A DNA stretch of 64,000 nt from an uncultured Chloroflexia bacterium (GTDB lineage Bacteria > Chloroflexota > UBA5177), in contig CAVTRL010000005.1 of NCBI GenBank assembly GCA_963737125.1, positions 38,870 through 102,869 on the forward strand. The letters run 5' to 3'. The position numbers and the translations under genes were made by a program. This document shows positions 28,139 to 38,199 of this stretch, piece after piece (position 1 is the first letter of the stretch; every line of letters begins with the position of its first letter). The notes below the pieces were generated by a model. The model did not search any database, had not been told where the DNA came from, and was given only the letters and a program-made list of their open reading frames with translations.

Positions 28139-30589
28139 ATGTTGATTCGTTCCCTTTCATCCCAGGGAGGAGAGAGCGCGAGCCTCCGTGCAACGAGTGA
28201 GCGCTGGGAAATTGCGATTAGCGGCATCGTGCAGGGAGTGGGTTTTCGGCCGTTCGTCTATTCGCTGGCTCGACGGCATGTGCTTACCGGCTTCGTTCGG
28301 AACGATGCATTCGGCGTGCGTATAGAGGTGGAGGGGCCGCTGGCCCGCCTCCAAACGTTCGTACGAGGGATCGAATCGGACGCGCCGCCGCTGGCGGACA
28401 TCGAGTCTGTTACCTGGAAACCAATCGGCCTGCAGGGTGACCGAGAGTTCCGTATCGAGCATTCCACGCGGGATGAACACACCGCCCGAACCCTCGTCTC
28501 CCCCGATGTCGCCACCTGTCTCGATTGCTTGCAAGAAGTGGAAGATCCGGCTGACCGCCGATATCGTTACCCGTTCACCAACTGCACCAATTGTGGTCCG
28601 CGCTTTACCATCACATACGCGGTTCCCTACGACCGTGCGAACACGACAATGTCCGCATTTACCATGTGCCCGGCATGCCAGTTGGAATATGACGACCCAG
28701 GCAATCGCCGCTTTCACGCCCAGCCGAACGCGTGCAAAGTCTGCGGCCCGACGGTCCGCCTGGTGCATCGTAATGGTACGGACGCTCTTCACGGTGAGCG
28801 CGATGCGGTGGCGTCGGCCGCAACCGTACTACGATCCGGCGCTATCCTGGCAGTCAAAGGGTTGGGCGGGTATCATCTCGCCTGTAATCCATTCGACAGT
28901 GCGGCGGTGCAGACACTCAGAGATAGAAAGGCCCGGGAGGATCGACCGTTCGCGATCATGGCCGCCAACCTGGATGAAGTACACGCGCTTGTCCGCACGT
29001 CAGAGGAGGAAGACGCGCTCCTGGCATCCAGTGCTCGTCCCATCGTGATACTTGAAGTGGTGGATCGAGGTTCTTCCACCCCGGTAGCACAAGGAGTAGC
29101 ACCCCGGCAGTCGACCCTCGGCGTCATGCTGCCGTATACACCGCTGCACCACCTGCTCCTGAAGGATTTCGGCGGTCCGCTGGTTATGACAAGCGCGAAT
29201 CGAAGTAGCGAGCCGATGGTGTTTCGGGATCAGGAAGCGTTTGAACGTTTAGGCGGCATCGCCGATTACTTCCTGGTCCACGATCGAACCATTCATCGCC
29301 CATGCGATGACAGTGTAATGCGGATCATAGGTCCACGGTGGGGAGATGCCGCGGGGCCGTCGCCGCTCCGGAGATCTCGGGGATATGCACCCGCGCCGCT
29401 GAAGACGAATTATCAATTTACGGTTGCCACACTCGGCTGCGGGAGTCATCTCAAGAACACCTTCTGCCTGGCGCGAGAGCGCCATATTTTCATGAGTCCG
29501 CACATCGGCGACCTCGACAACTATGAAACGCTTCAGTCATATAAGGAGGGCATCGCGCATCTCAGCGCATTGTTCGACGTTCAGCCCAAGCTCATCGCGT
29601 GCGATCTGCATCCGGATTACGCGTCGACCCAGTACGCGAATGATTTAGCGGAGGATGGCCTCGAGCTCATCTCCATCCAACACCACCACGCACACGTGGC
29701 GAGCTGCATCGTGGACAACAATTGGTCGCCGACGTGCGAGATCATCGGCGTGGCGTTCGATGGCACCGGTTATGGGCCGGACAGTACGATCTGGGGTGGA
29801 GAGTTTTTCCAGGGAAGCATCGAAGCGGGCTTCCGCCGGAGAGCCCATCTGGCCTATGCGCCCCTCCCAGGAGGCGAAGCCGCAATTCGCGAACCGTGGC
29901 GCGCGGCAGTCGCCTTTCTGGCGACGCTGTATCCGGAGGATACGGTGTCTAGCCTGCCGTTGCCGTGCGTCCAGGGCAGCGATCCATCAACACTGCGAAT
30001 CTTGTATAAACTGGCCAAAGGTGGACGAGAGTTGTCTGGAGTTGTACCTCAGACCTCGAGCGCCGGACGGCTGTTCGACGTGGTCGCTGCTCTCCTGGGG
30101 GTGAACGGCAGCCGGCGCACCACGTACGAAGGACAGGCGGCCATCGAGCTGGAGCTTCTGGCCACGGGCCCGACAGCCTCGGCCTACCCTCTCAGCCTGC
30201 GCGAAGGCGAGGATGCGTGGGTAGTAGAGACTCGACAACTGCTCACGGATATCCTCTGCGATGTTTTGGCCGGCCGGCCGCACGGCGAAATCGCCGCGCG
30301 TTTCCACCGCACCATAGCCAATATCATCGTGCGGACCTGCCTTTGCATACGAGCCGACGGTGGAGTAAACGCGGTGGCGCTGTCGGGTGGCACATTTCAA
30401 AACACGCTGCTTTTGCGCCAGGTCGTCCCGCTGCTCCAACACGAGGGTTTTTCTGTCGGATTGCACCGTCGCTTGCCCGCCAACGACGGAGGTCTGTCCA
30501 TAGGTCAGGCGGTACTCGCTCATAGTATGTTCCGGCAACGGAACGGACAGGAGAAGGCGGATGTGTCTTGCCATACCGGGGAGAATTGA
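28139..30589 (+). CDS. hypF: Carbamoyltransferase HypF
   Basis: [11 protein letters not shown], CxxC zinc fingers (NCTNCGPRF), [27 protein letters not shown]; start uncertain. Confidence 0.95.
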   Translation: MLIRSLSSQGGESASLRATSERWEIAISGIVQGVGFRPFVYSLARRHVLTGFVRNDAFGVRIEVEGPLARLQTFVRGIESDAPPLADIESVTWKPIGLQGDREFRIEHSTRDEHTARTLVSPDVATCLDCLQEVEDPADRRYRYPFTNCTNCGPRFTITYAVPYDRANTTMSAFTMCPACQLEYDDPGNRRFHAQPNACKVCGPTVRLVHRNGTDALHGERDAVASAATVLRSGAILAVKGLGGYHLACNPFDSAAVQTLRDRKAREDRPFAIMAANLDEVHALVRTSEEEDALLASSARPIVILEVVDRGSSTPVAQGVAPRQSTLGVMLPYTPLHHLLLKDFGGPLVMTSANRSSEPMVFRDQEAFERLGGIADYFLVHDRTIHRPCDDSVMRIIGPRWGDAAGPSPLRRSRGYAPAPLKTNYQFTVATLGCGSHLKNTFCLARERHIFMSPHIGDLDNYETLQSYKEGIAHLSALFDVQPKLIACDLHPDYASTQYANDLAEDGLELISIQHHHAHVASCIVDNNWSPTCEIIGVAFDGTGYGPDSTIWGGEFFQGSIEAGFRRRAHLAYAPLPGGEAAIREPWRAAVAFLATLYPEDTVSSLPLPCVQGSDPSTLRILYKLAKGGRELSGVVPQTSSAGRLFDVVAALLGVNGSRRTTYEGQAAIELELLATGPTASAYPLSLREGEDAWVVETRQLLTDILCDVLAGRPHGEIAARFHRTIANIIVRTCLCIRADGGVNAVALSGGTFQNTLLLRQVVPLLQHEGFSVGLHRRLPANDGGLSIGQAVLAHSMFRQRNGQEKADVSCHTGEN

Positions 30590-30839
30590 AGAAATCATTG
30601 ACGAAGATTTGCAGCTCGCCAGGGCAAACGTGAGCGGCGTTCGGCGTACCATCAACGTCGGGCTGCTCGGGGATGACGAGGACAAGGCTGAAGTCGGCGA
30701 CTGGGTACTGATCCATGTGGGTTTCGCGATGTCCAAAATAGACGAGGCCGAAGCAGCGTCACAGCTCAAGGCGCTCGAAGAAATCGGCGAGGCCTACAAA
30801 CAGGAGCTGATGGAGCTTAGCGTGTCGAGGATCGAGTGA
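30561..30839 (+). CDS. hypC: Hydrogenase chaperone HypC
   Basis: [18 protein letters not shown]. Confidence 0.95.
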   Translation: MCLAIPGRIEEIIDEDLQLARANVSGVRRTINVGLLGDDEDKAEVGDWVLIHVGFAMSKIDEAEAASQLKALEEIGEAYKQELMELSVSRIE

Positions 30840-31135
30840 TGGACACGACGCAAACCCCGATCGCAACCGACGCGGAAGAGTGGGCCCCCATGGCTTGCAC
30901 GCTTGACCATGATGGGTGCGTCGTGTGTTCGGATGCCGGTATTCCGCTGCGCGTGCTGGCCCTCGAGGGAGACGATGCGTTGTGCGCGGATAGCGCGGGC
31001 GAAAGCACTTTGATCGCCATCGAGCTGGTCGTTCCCGTCACCGTGGGCGAGATCCTTATCACGCACGGCGGCGTGGCCATCGGTCGCCTCGGTACGGCTC
31101 AGCCGGGCGACGCGCAAGGGAAGGTACTTCGATGA
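30839..31135 (+). CDS. Second HypC/HupF-like protein with N-terminal C-x6-CxxC
   Basis: CTLDHDGCVVCSD, VGEILITHGGVAI; lacks the N-terminal MC motif. Confidence 0.75.
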   Translation: MDTTQTPIATDAEEWAPMACTLDHDGCVVCSDAGIPLRVLALEGDDALCADSAGESTLIAIELVVPVTVGEILITHGGVAIGRLGTAQPGDAQGKVLR

Positions 31136-32259
31136 AATACGTGAACGAATTCCGAGATGCAAAGATCGCTCAAGCAGTCGCAGCCGAGATTGCATCACAG
31201 GTCGATCCCGATCGTCACTACAAGGTGATGGAAATCTGCGGGGGGCACACGCATACTATTTACCGTCACGGTATCAAAGATCTGTTGCCGGCGAACGTGG
31301 AGCTCGTCCATGGGCCGGGGTGCCCGGTATGCGTTCTACCAATGGGACGCGTCGACGACGGGATCGCTGTGGCCGAACGCCCGAATGTGATCTTCACCTG
31401 CTTCGGCGATATGATGCGGGTTCCTGGGTCCAAAGGCACCCTGCTCGAAATGAAGGCACGCGGGGCGGACGTTCGGATGGTGTACTCTCCGCTCGATGCG
31501 TTGCGCATAGCACGCGACAACCCCGATCGCGAGGTTGTGTTCTTCGCCATTGGCTTTGAAACCACGGCACCCTCCACTGCCTTGACACTGCAGCGTGCGA
31601 AGCGCGAGCGCATCACAAATTTCAGCGTGTTCTGCAACCACGTAACCATCGTTCCGCCGGTACGCGCGCTGCTCGACTCACCGGATCTCCGGCTCGACGC
31701 ATTCATTGGCCCCGGTCATGTTTCGACGGTTATCGGGTGCCGGCCGTACGAATTTATCGCCCAGGATTACGGCAAACCGGTCGCCGTCGCCGGCTTCGAG
31801 CCACTCGATCTGCTGCAGGCGATCATGATGCTCATGCAGCAACTGGCGGACGGGCGGTGTGAGGTCGAGAATCAGTACAGCCGGATCGTCCCCTGGGAGG
31901 GCAACCTTCCGGCACTGAAGAGCATGTCCGAAGTATTCGAGCTGCGTCCCTTCTTCGAGTGGCGTGGGCTGGGTTTCATTGCGCAGTCGGCGCTAAAGCT
32001 GTCACCGGCCTATGCGGAATACGATTCGGAGCTTCGTTTTTCGGTTCCTGGTGTGCGCGTCGCCGATCCGAAGGCGTGTCAGTGCGGTGAGGTGCTGAAG
32101 GGCGTACTCAAACCGTGGGAGTGCCGTGTGTTTGGCACGTCATGTACTCCGGAACACCCGTTGGGCACGCTCATGGTGTCATCCGAGGGAGCATGCGCCG
32201 CCTACTTCAACTTCGGCCGCACGCGTCGAGAGCTGCAGCCGGTCGGTGCCTCCGAATGA
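31132..32259 (+). CDS. hypD: Hydrogenase maturation protein HypD
   Basis: MEICGGHTH, GPGCPVC, GFETT, PGHVS, MVSSEGACAAY. Confidence 0.97.
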   Translation: MKYVNEFRDAKIAQAVAAEIASQVDPDRHYKVMEICGGHTHTIYRHGIKDLLPANVELVHGPGCPVCVLPMGRVDDGIAVAERPNVIFTCFGDMMRVPGSKGTLLEMKARGADVRMVYSPLDALRIARDNPDREVVFFAIGFETTAPSTALTLQRAKRERITNFSVFCNHVTIVPPVRALLDSPDLRLDAFIGPGHVSTVIGCRPYEFIAQDYGKPVAVAGFEPLDLLQAIMMLMQQLADGRCEVENQYSRIVPWEGNLPALKSMSEVFELRPFFEWRGLGFIAQSALKLSPAYAEYDSELRFSVPGVRVADPKACQCGEVLKGVLKPWECRVFGTSCTPEHPLGTLMVSSEGACAAYFNFGRTRRELQPVGASE

Positions 32260-33326
32260 CCGAGCAACGGGTCCTCGACAGTTTAGAGCGCGGACGGCGG
32301 CGTCCACCGCAATTTACTGCGGAGCGAATCGACATGAGTCACGGCGCCGGCGGTAAAGCCACGCACAAGCTCATCGAGGGGCTCATACTACCCACGTTCG
32401 ACAATCCGGCATTGGCACCGCTGTCCGATGCCGCGCTGCTTACCTCCGGCGACACCATGCTGGCGCTAACCACCGATTCATTCGTGGTGCGACCTCTACA
32501 GTTTCCCGGAGGCTCGATTGGCGAACTGGCCGTGAACGGCACCGTCAACGACTTGTTGATGGCCGGCGCAACACCGCTTGGGTTGTCGGCGGCATTGATA
32601 CTCGAGGAAGGGCTCGATACCGGCGTCCTGCGGCGCGAGTTACAGGCGATGGCAACCGCTGCCGAGCGGGCCGGTGTATCAATCGTCACGGGGGACACGA
32701 AAGTAGTGGAGCGCGGCAAAGGTGATGAGCTTTATATTGTCACCACCGGAGTCGGCGTGGCGGACGCGACGCTTGCGCTTTCGACGCGCCAGATTCAACC
32801 CGGTGATAAGATCATTTGCTCGGGAACACTTGGCGACCACGGGGTTGCCATTCTGATTGCGCGCGGTGATCTCGATCTCGAAGCTGAGGTGTACTCCGAC
32901 ACGCGCGCCCTCACCGCTCTGGTCGGTGCGTTAAAGGGCGCAGCGGGGCCCAGCCTGCGATGCATGCGCGATCCGACACGGGGTGGAGTGGGTACCGTGC
33001 TCAATGAGTTGGCCCGCGATTCCGGATACGGCGTCGTCCTGTGGGAAGAAAAGCTTCCGATCGATGACATCGTCAATGGAGCCTGTGAGATCCTCGGGAT
33101 CGACCCGCTCTACGTCGCCAACGAAGGCAAGCTGATCGCCGTGGTCGATCCCTCGGTCGCGGAAGAATCGGTGCGCGCACTTCGAAGCATCGAGGGAGGT
33201 GGCGATGCCCAGATCATTGGCGAAGTACAGGCAGAGCCGGCCCGGATGGTTCTCATGCATACGCAGTTCGGCGGCACGCGCATGGTCGATATGCTGATCG
33301 GCGACCCGCTACCCAGAATCTGTTGA
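32256..33326 (+). CDS. hypE: Hydrogenase maturation protein HypE
   Basis: HGAGG, TTDSFVV, GDTKVV, RDPTRGG, C-terminal PRIC. Confidence 0.97.
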   Translation: MTEQRVLDSLERGRRRPPQFTAERIDMSHGAGGKATHKLIEGLILPTFDNPALAPLSDAALLTSGDTMLALTTDSFVVRPLQFPGGSIGELAVNGTVNDLLMAGATPLGLSAALILEEGLDTGVLRRELQAMATAAERAGVSIVTGDTKVVERGKGDELYIVTTGVGVADATLALSTRQIQPGDKIICSGTLGDHGVAILIARGDLDLEAEVYSDTRALTALVGALKGAAGPSLRCMRDPTRGGVGTVLNELARDSGYGVVLWEEKLPIDDIVNGACEILGIDPLYVANEGKLIAVVDPSVAEESVRALRSIEGGGDAQIIGEVQAEPARMVLMHTQFGGTRMVDMLIGDPLPRIC

Positions 33327-34556
33327 GCAAGAGGGAACCCGTGCACACGACGGATGGCCGCTTCGCGCTCGAGGTCGATGCGCGGGACCGTACTCGTCAC
33401 GATCTGCTGTATCGCAACACGATCTTTGACGCCTTCTTCAGCGAACACGCTCCACGGCTGGCGAGAGCATCGGCGGAAATGTCTCGGCGCTTCAGCGAGG
33501 GCGGGCGCTTGCTTGCCTTCGGCCTCGGGGCATGGACAACCGACGCTCAGCACGTCTCGGTTGAATTCGTCCATCCGGTAATCGTGGGGAAGCGGGCGCT
33601 GCCCGCGGTGGATCTGGGTTCGGAATTCGAGGCCCGGCTGCCGGTGCTTCTCCGTCCCGGAGGATATGGTGATGGGCTTCGCGGGACCCGATCCATCTCC
33701 GGCGATCGACTGTGCCCTGCGCCGGGCCCGTACGCAGGGGGCCTTAACCTTCGGCCTGCGCAGTGAAGCTGCCGAGTATGTCTTCCCGTTTCCGGACGAA
33801 GACCCATTTATATGTCAGGAAGTATTCGAGGTTCTCTACCACGTCCTGTGGGAGACGGTGCACGTGTACTTCGAGCACCGCGAGCAGGGCCACGACGTAG
33901 GAGCTTCATCGTTTCTTTACCCATTCCTGGGAAAGAGCAAACAGGAATTTGGGGACGTAATCCGTAGTGTCGAGGCCTCGATGATCGGGAAGGCGGAAGA
34001 GGTCAACCAGATCCGAGCGGAAGCGGCGAATACCGAGTCGGCTCGTCTCGACCAAATTGCCCGGGAGATTGCCGAACGACTTGCCCGAGGCGGCAAATTG
34101 ATTCTCTTCGGAAACGGCGGGTCGGCGACCGACGCGAACGATTTCGCGATCGACTGCGTCGCCCCGCCTGCCGGTATTCCACCAATTCCGGCACTCTCGC
34201 TGTCGGCCGAGCCGGCGAACCTCACGGCGATTGCAAACGACATTGGAACGGAAGCCATCTTTGCGCGTCAGCTCATCGCTCACGCCGCGCCGCATGACGT
34301 CGCAATCGGCATCTCGACCAGTGGCAGCTCTCCCAACGTTCTGGCAGCCCTGGCGGAGGCTCGCAAGCGAAGCATGCTGACCGTGGGTCTGGCCGGGTAC
34401 GATGGCGGCAAAATTGCCTCGGATGGATTGGTAGACCATCTCCTGATCGTTCATTCCGATTACATTCCCCGCTTGCAAGAGGTGCAGGCCTCCCTCTATC
34501 ACACGCTGCTCCGCCGTATTGCCGAGTTCCGATCGGCGAGTGCCCCTGATGCATGA
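33323..34556 (+). CDS. Double SIS-domain (GmhA-like) protein of 1h clusters, frameshifted at 33656-33658
   Basis: DAQHVSVEFVHPVIVGKRALPA, then YHVLWETVHVYFEH...FLYPFL, FGNGGSATDA, STSGSS; removing one C from CGTCCCGGAG gives RPEDMVMGF and joins both ORFs. Confidence 0.8.
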
Positions 34557-34908
34557 GCTGGCCATCGCGCAGTCGGTCGTAAACATCGCTTGCCGGCATG
34601 CCGGAGACCAACGAGTCACGCGTGTCGACCTGCGCGTGGGCCATCTGCGGCAGGTTGTCACCTCTGCCCTGACCTTCAGTTTCGAGCTCGTCGCTCAGGG
34701 CACAGCAGTGGAGGGCGCGGAGCTCATCATCACCGCAATTCCCGCGGTCGGCGTCTGCCGTACCTGCCAGGCCCATACAACACTGGAGGCCTTTCCGCTG
34801 CAATGCTCCGCCTGCGGTGGATTCGACCTTTCCATTGTGAGCGGCGAAGAGCTTGAAGTCGATTCACTCGTGCTTGACGAGGATACGGTCGGTGCTCAGC
34901 AGACGTGA
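34549..34908 (+). CDS. hypA: Nickel metallochaperone HypA
   Basis: MHELAIA, CRTC...CSAC, GEEL. Confidence 0.95.
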   Translation: MHELAIAQSVVNIACRHAGDQRVTRVDLRVGHLRQVVTSALTFSFELVAQGTAVEGAELIITAIPAVGVCRTCQAHTTLEAFPLQCSACGGFDLSIVSGEELEVDSLVLDEDTVGAQQT

Positions 34909-35288
34909 TCGCGCGCGTGGCCTGACGGTGGCCGCGGCCGGGTGGTGTAGTGTTATTGCTCCTAATTCTCGATGGCCAGCATAACAATTTGCAGATTTTG
35001 ATTGTACAATTCGGGAACTAAGGTATACGCTTGAATATATAGTCGGCATCCCAAGGAGGTGGGACGAAAAGCAGAGACGTGGATGCGAGCTCGCGCGAAC
35101 CGCGAGCGAACCACCTTGCACGGAAGGCGACGAGGCGGGGCGTATGCATGGCCACCGAAGCCGCGTACAACCACTGGTGGACCCGGTCCGTGTGACAGAA
35201 GGTTCCGTGGCGCTTAACAGGACAGGCGCTGCGAAAGTGGTGGGTTCGCACAACAACACCCTGGTATGCACTCTTGCAGGAGGCACAA

Positions 35289-36311
35289 ATGGCGGGGGTA
35301 GAAGAAGTCCACATTCTGTGGATTTCAGAACTATTGAGTTGTGACGGCGACTCAGTTTCCGTGACGGCGGCGATGCAGCCAAGCATCGAAGATGTGGTTA
35401 TGGGCAACATTCCCGGATTGCCCAAGGTCCACCTGCATAACAAAGTCCTGGCCTATGAGAACGCCGGAGATTTCATGAAAGCGTTCTACCAGGCGGAACA
35501 GGGCGAATTGGACCCATTCGTGCTCGTGATCGAAGGTTCGATTCCAAACGAGAGCATCAAGCCCGAAGGCGTATGGGCCGGCATGGGCACCGATCCAGTG
35601 ACCGGGCAACCGATCCCGACGACCCAATGGATCGACCGCCTTGCTCCCAAAGCGTTGGCGGTGGTGGCCTGCGGCACCTGCGCCACGTACGGTGGAATTC
35701 ACGCCATGGCGGGCAATCCAACCGGCGCCATGGGGTTGGCTGATTACCTTGGCTGGGACTTTCGTACCAAAGCGGGGATTCCGATTGTGAATGTTCCCGG
35801 GTGCCCCGTACAGCCTGATAACTTCATGGAAACCGTGCTGTACCTGCTGTACCAGGCGGCCGGCCTCAGTCCCATGATTCCCCTCGACGACGCATTGCGT
35901 CCCACCTGGCTCTTCGGGAAAACCGTGCACGAAGGCTGCGACCGAGCCGGGTACTACGAACAGGGGGACTTCGCCACCGAATACGGCTCCCCGAAATGCA
36001 TCGTGAAGCTCGGTTGCTGGGGCCCGGTCGTCAAATGCAACGTGCCGAAACGCGGCTGGATGGGTGGCATCGGTGGCTGCCCGAATGTGGGCGGCATCTG
36101 CATCGGCTGCACGATGCCCGGATTCCCCGACAAGTTCATGCCATTCATGGACGAGCCTCCCGGCGGCAAATTGTCCTCTGCCGTGGTGGGGAGTTTCTAT
36201 GGACCCATGGTGCGCGCGCTCCGTGGTCTCACCAATTCCACTCTCGACAAGGAAACCAAGTGGCGGCACAAGGGTCGCGAGCTCACCACCGGCTATAAGC
36301 CGCGCTGGTAG
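35289..36311 (+). CDS. hhyS: Group 1h [NiFe]-hydrogenase small subunit
   Basis: HILW...SCDGDSVS (Asp-ligated proximal cluster), GTCATYGG, PGCP, HEGCDR, GCWGP, CIGC; no Tat signal; GGAGG RBS. Confidence 0.95.
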   Translation: MAGVEEVHILWISELLSCDGDSVSVTAAMQPSIEDVVMGNIPGLPKVHLHNKVLAYENAGDFMKAFYQAEQGELDPFVLVIEGSIPNESIKPEGVWAGMGTDPVTGQPIPTTQWIDRLAPKALAVVACGTCATYGGIHAMAGNPTGAMGLADYLGWDFRTKAGIPIVNVPGCPVQPDNFMETVLYLLYQAAGLSPMIPLDDALRPTWLFGKTVHEGCDRAGYYEQGDFATEYGSPKCIVKLGCWGPVVKCNVPKRGWMGGIGGCPNVGGICIGCTMPGFPDKFMPFMDEPPGGKLSSAVVGSFYGPMVRALRGLTNSTLDKETKWRHKGRELTTGYKPRW

Positions 36312-36322
36312 GAGAGGAATAC

Positions 36323-38119
36323 ATGGCAACAACAGTTACACCTCGCGAGACCGTCGACAGCGAGTCCTCGAACATCGTCGACATGAACTGGGATCCGATC
36401 AGCCGGATCGTGGGTAACCTGGGCATTTACACCAAGATCGACTTCAACAAGCGTCGGGTGGTGGATTGCTACAGCACATCGTCGGTCTTCCGCGGCTATA
36501 GCATCTTTATGAAGGGCAAGGATCCGCGGGACGCGCATTTCATCACGAGTCGCATTTGCGGAATCTGCGGTGACAATCATGCCACCTGCTCGGTGTATGC
36601 CCAGAACATGGCGTATGGCGTCAAGCCGCCTCCACTAGCCGAGTGGATTGTGAACCTGGGTGAAGCGGCCGAGTACATGTTCGACCATTGCATCTTCCAG
36701 GACAATCTCGTGTTCGTGGACTTCTGCGAGCAAATGGTGAAGGAAACGAATCCGAGCCTGCTCGCCCGCGCCGAGAAAACCGAGTCTCCCCACGCGCACA
36801 TTCACGGCATGAAGACCATCGCGGACATCATGCGCACGTTCAACCCGTTCACCGGGGAAACGTACCGTGAAGCGCTACAGATGAGCCGGCTGACGCGAGA
36901 AATGTTCTGCCTCATGGAGGGGCGCCACGTGCATCCTTCCACCCTGTATCCGGGCGGCGTGGGCACTGTACCCACGATCCAGCTTCTCACCGACTATCTG
37001 GTTCGGCTGATGAAGTACATGGACTTCGTAAAGAAGATCGTCCCGATGAACGACGACATCTTCGACTTCTTCCTCGAGGCCCTTCCGGGATACGAGGAAG
37101 TTGGTAAGCGCCGCGTTCTCCTCGGATGCTGGGGCTCGTTCCAGAACCCGGATGTCTGCGACTACGACTATCGCACCATGCAACGATGGGGCGATGCGAT
37201 GTACGTCACTCCCGGGATCGTGGTCGACGGTGAGCTGGTCACGACGAATTTGGTCGATATCAATCTCGGCATCCGCATTCTGCTCGGCAGCTCGTACTAC
37301 GACGACTGGACCAGCGAGCAGACATTCGTTTCCCGGGACCCATTGGGCAACCCGGTCGACCAGCGTCATCCCTGGAACCAAACAACCATTCCCAAGCCGC
37401 AGCGTCGCGAGTTTAAGGACAACTATAGCTGGGTCATGAGTCCCCGTTGGTACGACAAGCGCACCGACGACTACCTGGCGCTTGACACCGGCGGCGGTCC
37501 CATCGCTCGACTGTGGGCCACTGCGCTCGCCGGTCTGGTCGACGTCGGCTACGTGAAGTCAACCGGTCACAGCGTGCTCATCAACCTGCCCAAGACGGCT
37601 CTGATGCCGGAGACGCAGTTCGAGTGGAAGATTCCTCAGCATTCCAACGCAATCGAGCGGGATCGAGCACGTATCTACTTCCTCGCCTACTCAGCGTCGA
37701 TCGCGCAGTACTTCCTGGATCGAGCGTTTGAGCTCGTGCGCCAGGGAGAGACGAAGGTCTTCTCCGACTTCACCGTACCCGATGAAGCAATTGGCTGTGG
37801 CTTCCATGAAGCAGTGCGCGGCGTGCTGTCTCACCACCTCGTGATCCGCGAAGGCAAAATCGCGAACTACCACCCGTATCCACCGACCCCCTGGAATGCA
37901 TCGCCCCGTGATTCGTACGGCACCCCAGGCCCGTACGAGGACGCAGTGGCCGACTGCCCGATCTTCGAAGAGAACGGACAGGATACTTTCAAGGGAATCG
38001 ACATCATGCGGGCGGTACGCAGCTTCGATCCGTGCCTGCCATGCGGCGTGCACATGTATCTCGGCGACGGGAAAGTGCTGGAGAAACGGCACTCACCAAC
38101 GCTGGGAGTCGGAGTCTAG
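36323..38119 (+). CDS. hhyL: Group 1h [NiFe]-hydrogenase large subunit
   Basis: L1 TSRICGICGDNH and L2 SFDPCLPCGVH signatures; 21-aa C-terminal tail. Confidence 0.97.
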   Translation: MATTVTPRETVDSESSNIVDMNWDPISRIVGNLGIYTKIDFNKRRVVDCYSTSSVFRGYSIFMKGKDPRDAHFITSRICGICGDNHATCSVYAQNMAYGVKPPPLAEWIVNLGEAAEYMFDHCIFQDNLVFVDFCEQMVKETNPSLLARAEKTESPHAHIHGMKTIADIMRTFNPFTGETYREALQMSRLTREMFCLMEGRHVHPSTLYPGGVGTVPTIQLLTDYLVRLMKYMDFVKKIVPMNDDIFDFFLEALPGYEEVGKRRVLLGCWGSFQNPDVCDYDYRTMQRWGDAMYVTPGIVVDGELVTTNLVDINLGIRILLGSSYYDDWTSEQTFVSRDPLGNPVDQRHPWNQTTIPKPQRREFKDNYSWVMSPRWYDKRTDDYLALDTGGGPIARLWATALAGLVDVGYVKSTGHSVLINLPKTALMPETQFEWKIPQHSNAIERDRARIYFLAYSASIAQYFLDRAFELVRQGETKVFSDFTVPDEAIGCGFHEAVRGVLSHHLVIREGKIANYHPYPPTPWNASPRDSYGTPGPYEDAVADCPIFEENGQDTFKGIDIMRAVRSFDPCLPCGVHMYLGDGKVLEKRHSPTLGVGV

Positions 38120-38146
38120 CGACAAGGCTATCTGGAACACCTCCAT

Positions 38147-38177
38147 GCGGCGGGTTCCGCGAACCGGAACCCGCCGC
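38147..38177 (+). terminator. 13-bp perfect stem-loop between hhyL and hhyE
   Basis: GCGGCGGGTTCCG-CGAAC-CGGAACCCGCCGC, no long U-tract. Confidence 0.6.
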
Positions 38178-38199
38178 GTTCCCCCAAGGATTGAAAGCC

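Noticed and set aside
35262-35278. sigma54-like TGGTATGCACTCTTGCA before hhyS
   Set aside because: GG-GC spacing is 11 nt rather than 10, and the site abuts the RBS.
35148-35288. Selenocysteine read-through extension of HhyS
   Set aside because: The extension is Trp-rich and not hydrogenase-like, no SECIS is evident, and ATG 35289 has a strong GGAGG.
35352-36332. Long antisense ORFs (this one, 993-1910, 26638-27522, 61087-61887 and similar)
   Set aside because: Shadow frames of real genes in high-GC DNA with no recognisable motifs.
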